From NCBI GenBank assembly GCA_964466945.1, contig CAYXPA010000002.1, positions 24,837 to 88,836 of the forward strand: a stretch of DNA of 64,000 nt, read 5' to 3'. Below the pieces are notes generated by a model. The model did not search any database and had not been told where the DNA came from. It saw nothing but the letters and a program-made list of their open reading frames with translations. The stretch is from an uncultured Verrucomicrobiota bacterium. GTDB taxonomy: Bacteria; Verrucomicrobiota; Verrucomicrobiia; Limisphaerales; J093. Numbering within the stretch: position 1 is the stretch's first letter; each line of letters starts with the position of its first letter. This document shows, in pieces, positions 18,918 to 27,214 of this stretch. Position numbers and translations under genes: made by a program.

Positions 18918-20279
18918 TTAATTTTTGAACATCTGCTCTTCCGGTGCATTCCACAGACTCGAATGAATAGGCGTACTCTCCACCGCATTCGCTTTGCCAT
19001 ATATGTGTTCCACCGAACTGAGGTGGGTGTCCATAATTGAGACACGAACCGTGGCGTGCGCAGCCAGTGTCAAATAAAAAAACACGATAGATTGATCGAA
19101 GTACGCAACCGAGACACAACTGGTGGCGTGAGCAAACAGCCCGGCCCCAATCGCCCAAGTAAAAAACTCCCGTTCCTCGTCCAAGCCCCGCAGATTTCGA
19201 GTGGTCTGACCCGCATACCGAAACCCACACCAGACCAAGGTAATAAAAAGCGCCATGAGCGGTAGTCCTCCCCGTACTCCCTGGGCCAAGTAATGGTTGG
19301 TGATGTCCACGTGGTCTTCACTCCAAGGCACTCCATACGCCAGCCAGTGTCGGGTATAATCCGTGCCCGCCCACCACCAGTCCTTGAGATTTTGAAGAGC
19401 CGCCTCGATCAATGCCGCACGATGATAGGAGGAACTGCCTCCGGTCAGATCGATCCGGGCGATCAGATAGTACGCCGGAGCCTTCATCACCAGTTCCAGT
19501 AGCATGTATCCGACCACAGCCGCCACGCGCATTTGATGGGTGAGATGCCGCCAACGCCAGAGCACCAAGGCAAACAGGCCGAAGATCACGCTCATCAACG
19601 GACCGCTGGAGGCTGAGGCCAAGACCATCAGGCTGCAGGCGGCCAATCCGACCTTGGCCGAGACCGGATCCCGCCGCCACAGTCCGACCATCATGGGGAT
19701 GCACACGGCCCCGACCGTCCCGGCCAGAATGGCGTGAGCAAATGGTCCCTGCGAGCGAACCCGGTTGTTGCGTATGGCCGGCTCGTCGGGAACTGCGCCA
19801 AACATGGCAAACAGATTTTTCTGGGTCAGTTGTTCGAACACCATCTCGAAGGCAACCGGGACCAAAATCCAGGCACTGACCCGAACCAATCGGTAGAGGT
19901 CTTCCTCGGTTTGGCAGAAGCACCGGGTCAGAAAGTAGATGCAAAAGGCGTTATAGACCATCCCCAGGTGAAATTGGAAAGTTGCGCCCGGGGATTCGTG
20001 GAAGGCGCTGGCAAACACAGCCCAAGCACCCCAGGCCAAGAACAGTTTGTCCATGCCCAGCAGCCCCCCTGCAGGTCGTTCTCCTCGGACCAGTACCCGT
20101 GCCACGCCGGCCAGTAGCAAAAGCCGGATGATAGGAAAGTTGAGGCCTGCCACCTCGATCCCCTGGCCCAGGGTCATGTAACAGGCACCGGCCAGCAGTG
20201 GCACCGGGGCCCATGCCCGGGGGAGCATCCAGATGGCCACCGTGGCGGCCAGCAGAAAGATCAACGCCAGAAAGGTCAT
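18918..20279 (-). CDS. O-antigen ligase/polymerase-like (Wzy_C) membrane protein
   Basis: 453-aa multi-TM ORF. A loop segment NNRVRSQGPFAHAILAGTVGAV plus SASSGPLMS resembles the O-antigen ligase/Wzy family. 4-nt overlap with the downstream GT2 gene. GC lower than the flanks. Confidence 0.7.
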   Translation of the reverse strand: MTFLALIFLLAATVAIWMLPRAWAPVPLLAGACYMTLGQGIEVAGLNFPIIRLLLLAGVARVLVRGERPAGGLLGMDKLFLAWGAWAVFASAFHESPGATFQFHLGMVYNAFCIYFLTRCFCQTEEDLYRLVRVSAWILVPVAFEMVFEQLTQKNLFAMFGAVPDEPAIRNNRVRSQGPFAHAILAGTVGAVCIPMMVGLWRRDPVSAKVGLAACSLMVLASASSGPLMSVIFGLFALVLWRWRHLTHQMRVAAVVGYMLLELVMKAPAYYLIARIDLTGGSSSYHRAALIEAALQNLKDWWWAGTDYTRHWLAYGVPWSEDHVDITNHYLAQGVRGGLPLMALFITLVWCGFRYAGQTTRNLRGLDEEREFFTWAIGAGLFAHATSCVSVAYFDQSIVFFYLTLAAHATVRVSIMDTHLSSVEHIYGKANAVESTPIHSSLWNAPEEQMFKN

Positions 20280-21325
20280 GAGGGTTGGTTCTGCACGCGA
20301 AAACCCTTTGGGGCAGGCGCGCCCCGGTTGTCTGGCGCACTAGGGATGCTTGCCTCACGTCCCTTGCAGGCCCATTCCCAGAGCAAGAGGCTTCGCTGCC
20401 AAGCATGCTCGAGCCGACCTGGGGCAGCTATTCGTCCCATCCCCAACATCCGCGCCAAGCCCCCCCCCACAAGCCGGAAGCCGGCAGCCATTCCCACGGC
20501 CCATTGATGCCGCCGCGCTGCGAACGGCCCCTGATACTTCTCAATCAATTGCCGAACGGAAAGCTGTTTCATGAGAACCGAGAAACCGCTGGGCGCTTTC
20601 TGGCTACTCGCACCACAAGCATGCATGATTGCACAATCTGCATCATAGTAGAGTTGCCAGCCCAGTTCCCGCACTGTGCGGGACAAATCCACATCCTCGG
20701 CGTACATGAAATACCGCTCGTCAAACCAACCGGCGGCATCCAGTACCGGCTTCCGGACCAAAAGAAATCCACCGTAAAGCTTCTCGACGGGCCCACTGTG
20801 GTGCGGATCCTGTCGCGGGACCCAGCGCTTAAGGAAGGATCGGCGCAAAAGAGAGGGCGCTACCAGCTCCAAGAAGACCCGACCGGGCGTCGGAAACCAT
20901 TGCAGGCCCAATTCCTGCACGGTCCCGTCCGGATACCGCATTTGACAACCGAGCATGCCGACCCGCGGTCGGTTCAACAGCGAACGCGCGGCCTTCTCCA
21001 GTGTATCCGGAAACAGCTCTGTGTCCGGGTTCAGGAACAGAACCAGCGGGGTATCCACATAAGGGCGCGCAAAGTTGTTGCCGCGCCCGAAGCCCAAGTT
21101 TGCGCCGGCGTTCAGAACCAGGAACTCGGGAAAGTCGGCTGCCGCCTGTTGCCAACTGCCGTCGCGGGAGTCGTTGTCCACCACGATCACCTTGACCGGG
21201 AACGTGGTCCGACTTGCCCGGATGGAGTGGAGGCAGCGAAGCAGTTTCTCTCCGCCGTTCCAGTTCACAATCACGACCGTCAATCCGGCCGGCTGGGATA
21301 TCGCGGATGGAACAGGGCCTCCCAT
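20276..21325 (-). CDS. glycosyltransferase family 2
   Basis: ORF 20276-21493. Start moved to ATG 21325 (MGGPVPS), downstream of the upstream gene's stop. Motifs LTVVIVNWNGGEKLLRCLHSI, KVIVVDNDSRDGS, YFMYAEDVDL. Confidence 0.85.
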   Translation of the reverse strand: MGGPVPSAISQPAGLTVVIVNWNGGEKLLRCLHSIRASRTTFPVKVIVVDNDSRDGSWQQAAADFPEFLVLNAGANLGFGRGNNFARPYVDTPLVLFLNPDTELFPDTLEKAARSLLNRPRVGMLGCQMRYPDGTVQELGLQWFPTPGRVFLELVAPSLLRRSFLKRWVPRQDPHHSGPVEKLYGGFLLVRKPVLDAAGWFDERYFMYAEDVDLSRTVRELGWQLYYDADCAIMHACGASSQKAPSGFSVLMKQLSVRQLIEKYQGPFAARRHQWAVGMAAGFRLVGGGLARMLGMGRIAAPGRLEHAWQRSLLLWEWACKGREASIPSAPDNRGAPAPKGFRVQNQPS

Positions 21326-21338
21326 GGCCGTGGGCTCC

Positions 21339-22436
21339 TCAGGGACGCGCGCGGACTCGCCAGCGCCGCCACAGTCGCTGGAATCTTTCCGCCCAGTGCA
21401 GGAGTTTCCGGCGGCTGGCCGAAGGGGCCCGCTCAAACCGGCCAAGCTGCACGACTTCCTCCCCGCCCATCCCTGACTTGAAATGGTAAACACCAGGGTT
21501 GGTCGCCGGATTAATACCGCCGAGGTCGTAGAACTGCCAACCGGCTGACTTCAAATTATCCATCATTTGCCACTGCAACAGATAGGACGCCTTGCTTTTG
21601 AGCCCCTCTTCACCGGTCGCCCCGAGCAAGTAAATACCCGTCTCGCCCAGCGCCGTTGCCACCAATCCAGCGTGATACCGACCCGACCCGGCCGCCAGTG
21701 CCACCCTCAACTGCTCCCCGGGCGCCAGTCGCTCCTGCATCCGCTCGAAGTCGGCCACATCCACGGTGGTCTCGAACCGTTTGCGGGCCATCATCTCGTC
21801 GTAAAGCGCGCGGAACTCCCGGAAAAGCTGCCTGTCATTGCCTTCGCGGATCTCCAATCCGCTCCGGATCGCCGCGTTTAACTGATTCCTCCACTTCCCG
21901 TCGAGCCGCTTGCGGATGGTCTCAAGGGGCGGGGTCAAATCCACACGAAAGGTCCGGTAGGCAGGGCCGACTTCGTCCCGCTCGAATCCCAGTGCTTGCA
22001 AAGTTTGCAATGCGATTGTGGCCTCGGAATCCTGCCGAAACAAGTTGGGCACAACCCGCAGCACCCACCCCCGACACTGCACGAACTCCTCGCCCAGCGC
22101 CGCCAGGGCGCGGCGAAAGGCTGCCGCATCCCATGCGGCGCCACGGCGTCGTGCGCACGGTCCCCAGCGCACGTAGGCCACGCCGAACCAACGGCCCAGT
22201 CGGATCTGACGCACCTGAGCCAACGCCCGAACATGCTCCTGCTGTCGGACGACCAGGTGCGTGAGCGAGCCCTCTCCCCAGGATACGCTTCCGTAGGCGT
22301 GTGTCTGGTAGAAGTTGGCGTCCGCGAATTCGGCCAGCAGTGCGCTCCATTTCCCTGAACCGAGCGGCTCCAAGCTGGTCTGCCAGAGTTCGCCCGGCGG
22401 CGGTTCCGGCGTCTGCGCCAGGGCACGATTCATCAT
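21339..22436 (-). CDS. FemAB-family (GNAT-fold) acyl/aminoacyl transferase
   Basis: ORF 21339-22487. The ATG at 22436 forms an ATGA overlap with the upstream stop. Motifs FYQTHAYGSVSW, RKRLDGKWRNQLNAAIRSGLEI, GIYLLGATGEEGLKSKASYLLQWQMM, GVYHFKSGMGG. Confidence 0.75.
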   Translation of the reverse strand: MMNRALAQTPEPPPGELWQTSLEPLGSGKWSALLAEFADANFYQTHAYGSVSWGEGSLTHLVVRQQEHVRALAQVRQIRLGRWFGVAYVRWGPCARRRGAAWDAAAFRRALAALGEEFVQCRGWVLRVVPNLFRQDSEATIALQTLQALGFERDEVGPAYRTFRVDLTPPLETIRKRLDGKWRNQLNAAIRSGLEIREGNDRQLFREFRALYDEMMARKRFETTVDVADFERMQERLAPGEQLRVALAAGSGRYHAGLVATALGETGIYLLGATGEEGLKSKASYLLQWQMMDNLKSAGWQFYDLGGINPATNPGVYHFKSGMGGEEVVQLGRFERAPSASRRKLLHWAERFQRLWRRWRVRARP

Positions 22437-23239
22437 GGGTTGCGCTGCACTGTGACTCGACAACCTGGATGGGAACGAGCCGCCCACCGGTAACAGCCCT
22501 TCAGTTTGAGGAGAAACTCCAACATTGTGTCGCTGGGCTCGACAGCGACCCGTCCCACCACAGGGGGCAACGTGGTGCCCTCGACTCGGACAGGCTCGAT
22601 GCCGAACAATCGCCGGTAGCCCGCCGCCCGCGCCACGTCCACCAACCGCGCATTCCAGTCGCCATGCGGGAAACTGAGCAACTCCACAGGGCGTCCTGTG
22701 AGATCCTCAAGGGCGCGTTTGGAGTCCTTCAGTTCGCGTTCTGCCTCAGCCTTCGAAAGCCGCGTCAAGCGCGGATGGCTGACGGTGTGGGATCCCAGGG
22801 TCACGGACGGCAGGGCCGCCAGCTCACGAATCCGCTCCGCTGCCATGACCTTCTCCTGCCAGAAAGGGTGTCGCTCTGAATGCACCCAGCCCGGGCGACG
22901 GCCAAGACTTCCGGTGGGTACGAAGATGGTGAACGGGATTGCGAGCTGTTGCAGCTCCGGCACGGCATTCTCCCACACCGATTCGTACGCATCGTCAAAG
23001 CTGATTCCCACCCAGCGCGATGCGCGGGGCAAGGGCGCTTCCAGTGCCCAAAACTGCGCCCACCGTCGGAGACGCTGCATCTGCCGGGCGAAGGCCCCCT
23101 GCTGCGCCTGCGGCACGGCGTGGTAATAGAGGACCACGCCGCACGAGCTGGTCGCAGCACCACTTCGGGCCATCCGCGCCAGTCGATCCCTTAGATCGGC
23201 GCCGAAGCTGAGGGCGAGTTTGACGAGCCGTCGGAGCAT
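22433..23239 (-). CDS. polysaccharide deacetylase (CE4/NodB-type)
   Basis: ORF 22433-23692. The long N-terminus overlaps the AsnB-like gene, so the start is set at ATG 23239 (alternative 23173). Motifs ISFDDAYESV, LGSHTVSHPRL, LSFPHGDWN. Confidence 0.8.
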   Translation of the reverse strand: MLRRLVKLALSFGADLRDRLARMARSGAATSSCGVVLYYHAVPQAQQGAFARQMQRLRRWAQFWALEAPLPRASRWVGISFDDAYESVWENAVPELQQLAIPFTIFVPTGSLGRRPGWVHSERHPFWQEKVMAAERIRELAALPSVTLGSHTVSHPRLTRLSKAEAERELKDSKRALEDLTGRPVELLSFPHGDWNARLVDVARAAGYRRLFGIEPVRVEGTTLPPVVGRVAVEPSDTMLEFLLKLKGCYRWAARSHPGCRVTVQRNP

Positions 23240-25038
23240 GCACGGCGCAGCCACCAGAGCTTCAAGGTCAACAGCGCCACGAACAGGAAACACTGTTCTT
23301 CCGGGAAATCCGCCGGCCGCTGGGGGAGCTGCTTCCAACCCAGCACACAGCGGAAGAAATCCTCCATCTCGGGCGCCGGCTCCGCCCAGTACTGCTGGAG
23401 GGCGGGGCTGTGGCGGTAGTAGAAGCGCCAGTTGGGCCAGGAACCGTCGGACACGATCGAAGCTCGGGCCCGCAATCGTCGCCGGATCCGGCGCCACTGC
23501 CAGGACAGGGACTCGAGCCACGCTGATGCATTCAAGGGTGCGCCCGTGTTGGCATCCGGGACACGCATCAGTGGAGATCCGGCCAACAAGCGCTGAGCTG
23601 TGCGCAAAAACAGGCCACGGTTCACTTTGCAGCGGGAAGGAACCCTCCGGTAAACGTGCAGCACCCCGAGATCGGTCACCGGCGGTGTCCAAGAAATGAG
23701 GCGCTGGGGAACAAGCCGTTGCTGGTTGTCGCCCTCGTGATACAGGGGAAAGGTGCGAAGCAATTCGATTTGGAACAGGGTTTGATCGTCGCTGCGGGTT
23801 CGTAAACTTGGCGGAAACCGATCCTCCCAGCGTTGCATGGCCTGCCGCGCCAGCGGAGTCTCAAAGCACCAGTGCTGGAAATAGAACTCATGCCGGAAGG
23901 GCTCGATCGTCTCCCGCCCGTCCCATGCACGGACTCGGCGGTTCAGTGGCAAACCCTTGAACAGGTAATCGCAGTAACAACCGGTCAGGAGCATCTGCGC
24001 TCCCAGCGTCCGCACGGGTTCAATCGCACCCAGAAAGTGGTTGTTGGCGAAGGTGCCCATGCCCCCCGCGATCCGGACGCCCGCCGGGGCATGCTCCCCG
24101 TAGTAATCAGGAGAGCGCCGGATGGGATAAAACTCCGCCTTCACCGCCTGCGCGATGGCCCGCGCGGTCGCCAACTCACGGTTCGGCCCATCGTAGCAGG
24201 TGAAGGCCAGGGCGCGGGACGGTTCCGGCATACATCCCAAGATCAGGCGGGAGTCCAGTCCGCCGCTCAACGCCACAGCGACACGTCCCAGGCGGGGGAG
24301 CGTCCGACGACGCAGGGCGGTCCTCCAGGCCCCGGCGAGGGCATCGGCCAGGTCTTCCTCGGACGCGTTCGGATCGGGCTGGTGGTTCAGCGCGAAATAG
24401 TTACGGCATTGGAGCTGACCCGTGCGCAGGTCCAGGGTCGTCACTGTGCCGGGGGCGATGCCTTCGATCCCCTCGTAATAGGTCCATGGCGGGGTTACTG
24501 TGCTCGCCAGGACAAATTCCGCCAGAGAGACTTCGTTCAACCGGTGGGCGCGGCCGGCCGCCGCTGCCAGGACATCAGGATGAGAACCTGCGGTCCAGTG
24601 ACCCGCCACAGAGCAGCCGTACACGGGGCAACACCCGGCCGGGTCGGAGCGCACGTGCAGCCGGGCATTCGGAGCATCGTACAGGATGATCACGCAGTTG
24701 CCGCTCCATGCGTCCCAACCCTCGGTGCCCGAGGTGGCGTACCGGCGCCACGCAGCGCAAGCGGCCAGACCGCCCTCGGGGTCGGCAACCAGCTCCTTCT
24801 CCGCCGCTGCCCACTCCTCCTCGTCCAGGGCCAGGAACCCGACCACGGCGGCGAGGGTTCCATCCGGGCGTGTCCACGGCCTCCAGAGCGCGTCGGGCTC
24901 CGTCCAAGTGACTGTCAGCCGAAATTCCCGCAGATCCCAGGTCCGGGAGCGGATGCGACTGGTCCAGCTCAATGCCTGCGCCGCATCGGCCGGCGGGCGT
25001 CGGTCCAAAGGCCGTGTATCCAATAAAAAGTCGGGCAT
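23191..25038 (-). CDS. asparagine synthetase (AsnB)-like amidotransferase/adenylating enzyme
   Basis: ORF 23191-25419. Start moved to ATG 25038 (MPDFLLD), downstream of the upstream gene's stop at 25062. PP-loop motif VAVALSGGLDSRLILG. The N-terminal Ntn-like domain is retained (CVIILYDAPNARLHVRSDPAGCCPVYG). Confidence 0.85.
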   Translation of the reverse strand: MPDFLLDTRPLDRRPPADAAQALSWTSRIRSRTWDLREFRLTVTWTEPDALWRPWTRPDGTLAAVVGFLALDEEEWAAAEKELVADPEGGLAACAAWRRYATSGTEGWDAWSGNCVIILYDAPNARLHVRSDPAGCCPVYGCSVAGHWTAGSHPDVLAAAAGRAHRLNEVSLAEFVLASTVTPPWTYYEGIEGIAPGTVTTLDLRTGQLQCRNYFALNHQPDPNASEEDLADALAGAWRTALRRRTLPRLGRVAVALSGGLDSRLILGCMPEPSRALAFTCYDGPNRELATARAIAQAVKAEFYPIRRSPDYYGEHAPAGVRIAGGMGTFANNHFLGAIEPVRTLGAQMLLTGCYCDYLFKGLPLNRRVRAWDGRETIEPFRHEFYFQHWCFETPLARQAMQRWEDRFPPSLRTRSDDQTLFQIELLRTFPLYHEGDNQQRLVPQRLISWTPPVTDLGVLHVYRRVPSRCKVNRGLFLRTAQRLLAGSPLMRVPDANTGAPLNASAWLESLSWQWRRIRRRLRARASIVSDGSWPNWRFYYRHSPALQQYWAEPAPEMEDFFRCVLGWKQLPQRPADFPEEQCFLFVALLTLKLWWLRRACSDGSSNSPSASAPI

Positions 25039-25061
25039 CGCAAATCCCAAACGTTTCAGGG

Positions 25062-26039
25062 TCAGCTTGGCCCCTTGCCGCCGGGAGCTTGCTGGGAGTT
25101 CGAGCCCGTTGGGGGCGCCACATCGGCGGCCACCGACGCGAGCCGGGGCGGACCTTCTGGAAGCCGGAGTCGTTCCGACCAAAGGCTGGGCCGGCGCCAG
25201 AGGCATCTCCATTGCTGCCGGCGCACGTACCGCCGGAACTCCGGGTCTTGCACCCGCGGCAGCCGCTTCACGCACGCACCGAAGTAACCCCACGCCAAGG
25301 CCAAACCGCCGAAGAGGTAGGGACGCTGAAGCGCTCGGCGAAGGCACTTGCCCAGCATGAACGCGGGATGATAACAGGCGACATAATTGGCCACGCCGTT
25401 CTTCACCCCATTGCGCCACCGCCCGTCGGCCGAGCCGGTGCTCTTAAGTTGTTCAACCTGAAGTTCGGGGAAGGTCCGAGTACGCCAACCTAGCATGTTG
25501 GCTCTCAGCTCGTCCACCGTGTCCCAGCCCGGGAGGGCTATGAGGCCGCCGATTTGTTCCCAGCAGGTCCGGCGATAGATCTTGGTGGCACCCCGGACGT
25601 GGAACGCAGGGTCATCCGGTGCCTCGGGCACCAACCGGTCGCCGACCCTCGTGCAGATGATGCTGCCGCCAATCCCCAGGCGCGGATCGTGCTCGAAGTG
25701 GGCCAGGCAGTGCTCAAAGTACTCGGGGGCAAACGCCAGGTCGCCATCCAGCTTGACCAGGAACCGCCAAGACAAATTCGCAACCAGAGTGCAGCCCTCG
25801 ATAAACGCCTGCATGACGCCGCTGCCCGGCAGTCGCCGTCCCCGGTCCGGGCGGTGCACGACCTGGATCCAATCGTGCGCTCGCGCCGCCTGGTCGGCCA
25901 GCACGCCCGTGCCATCGCTCGAACCATCGTTCACAATGACCCACCGGAGCGGCCGCACCGTCTGCGCCACCATGGAAGCGATCGTCTTCGGGAAATGGGC
26001 TTTTTCGTTGCGAACTGGCGTGATGACGACGTAGCGCAT
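25062..26039 (-). CDS. glycosyltransferase family 2
   Basis: ORF 25062-26147. The preferred start is ATG 26039 (MRYVVITPVRNEKAHFPKTIASMVAQT); the longer start cannot be excluded. Motifs WVIVNDGSSDGTG and KLDGDLAF. Confidence 0.85.
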   Translation of the reverse strand: MRYVVITPVRNEKAHFPKTIASMVAQTVRPLRWVIVNDGSSDGTGVLADQAARAHDWIQVVHRPDRGRRLPGSGVMQAFIEGCTLVANLSWRFLVKLDGDLAFAPEYFEHCLAHFEHDPRLGIGGSIICTRVGDRLVPEAPDDPAFHVRGATKIYRRTCWEQIGGLIALPGWDTVDELRANMLGWRTRTFPELQVEQLKSTGSADGRWRNGVKNGVANYVACYHPAFMLGKCLRRALQRPYLFGGLALAWGYFGACVKRLPRVQDPEFRRYVRRQQWRCLWRRPSLWSERLRLPEGPPRLASVAADVAPPTGSNSQQAPGGKGPS

Positions 26040-26157
26040 GATCGGGCCCAATCGCGCAAGTCGGAGACCCGGAAGCGGACCGACGGCAGCGCCGCGCCCC
26101 TGCTGTCCCGACGACGCAACGGACACTGCCAGCCTTGGAGACTCCACAGCGAAAGCG

Positions 26158-27147
26158 TTACGGCCTGCTGGCCAGGCGGGGAACGGGGGCAGCGGAGCGT
26201 TGCCGCGCCCGGCGGAGCTGCCATTTCAGCAGCTTGATCACCGCCTGCGCGACCGCCAGCCAATCGTAGTGACCAGCCAGTTTGGCCGCCAGCATCTCCG
26301 GGTCGTCAGAATCGTTCACCGGCAACCGCCTCAGAGCGAACCGGTCGTCTTCCGGGCGCACGCGGCCAATGCGGGTGGTCACCGCATTAGTGTAGCCGAG
26401 GCCTTGCAGAGAGGCCGCCAGCCGGCGCAACCGGGCCGGGTCTTGCCAAGGAAAGGCATACGGATGGGCAAAGGACAGGACGGGAGCACCCACGCGGGAT
26501 TCAATTTCGAGTTTCGAGTCCCGCGTTTGGCGCTCCACCTCTGACCAACACAACTCCCCCAGGCTGCGATGGTGGACGGTATGCGAGCCGAATTCGATCC
26601 CCGCCCGATGCAGTTCGCGGACCTCGGGCCAGGTGAGGCACTCCCGACCGGCGCCCTTGGTCGGGCAACCATCCGACGTGCGGGCGGGCGCAAAGACACG
26701 CCGGGTCTCGCCAATAAACGCGGTCGGCAGAAAGACTGTGGCGGCAAAACCGTGCTGCTGCAACACGGGCCACGCGGCGGTATGGAAATCCCGGAAACCG
26801 TCGTCGAATGTCAAGACCACCGGACGGGGATCTTGCGCGGATTCCCCACTGTGCGTCTCCGGCGCCGCATTCAGCCACGCCAGCCCCTCGCGCAGGGTGA
26901 CGCCGCGATAGCCGGCGTGTTTGATCCATTCCATCTGCTCGGCAAATCGGCGGGGGCTGGTGCAAAGGCGGTAATACGCGCGCATGCCAGGCTCCGGATC
27001 ATCCGAGATGCTGTGGTACATGAGGATGGGAAGACGCTTCTTGCAGCAGGAAGCTTTGCCGACGGCGGACCACGCGTCCCGACCCAACCTGCCCAACGGC
27101 CGCGCCAAATACAGGGTGGTGAAGCGATCCAAACCCACGCAGCTCAA
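26158..27147 (-). CDS. polysaccharide deacetylase (CE4/NodB-type)
   Basis: 329-aa ORF. Motifs LPILMYHSISDDPEPG, VVLTFDDGFRDFHT, GSHTVHHRSL, SFAHPYAFPW. Confidence 0.85.
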   Translation of the reverse strand: MSCVGLDRFTTLYLARPLGRLGRDAWSAVGKASCCKKRLPILMYHSISDDPEPGMRAYYRLCTSPRRFAEQMEWIKHAGYRGVTLREGLAWLNAAPETHSGESAQDPRPVVLTFDDGFRDFHTAAWPVLQQHGFAATVFLPTAFIGETRRVFAPARTSDGCPTKGAGRECLTWPEVRELHRAGIEFGSHTVHHRSLGELCWSEVERQTRDSKLEIESRVGAPVLSFAHPYAFPWQDPARLRRLAASLQGLGYTNAVTTRIGRVRPEDDRFALRRLPVNDSDDPEMLAAKLAGHYDWLAVAQAVIKLLKWQLRRARQRSAAPVPRLASRP

Positions 27148-27214
27148 CCGCCAGAGAACAAGGCACAGAGGGCGGAAGTCCCCGGTGATGTTCCCTCCCC
27201 ACTTCGGTCTCCGG

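Noticed and set aside
18918-20279. Multi-TM protein considered as the missing exosortase
   Set aside because: Its size, loop motif (GPFAHAILAG) and overall pattern fit the O-antigen ligase/Wzy family rather than the exosortase family. The FFRLRR end of the 13772-15571 protein is likewise not a PEP-CTERM sorting signal.
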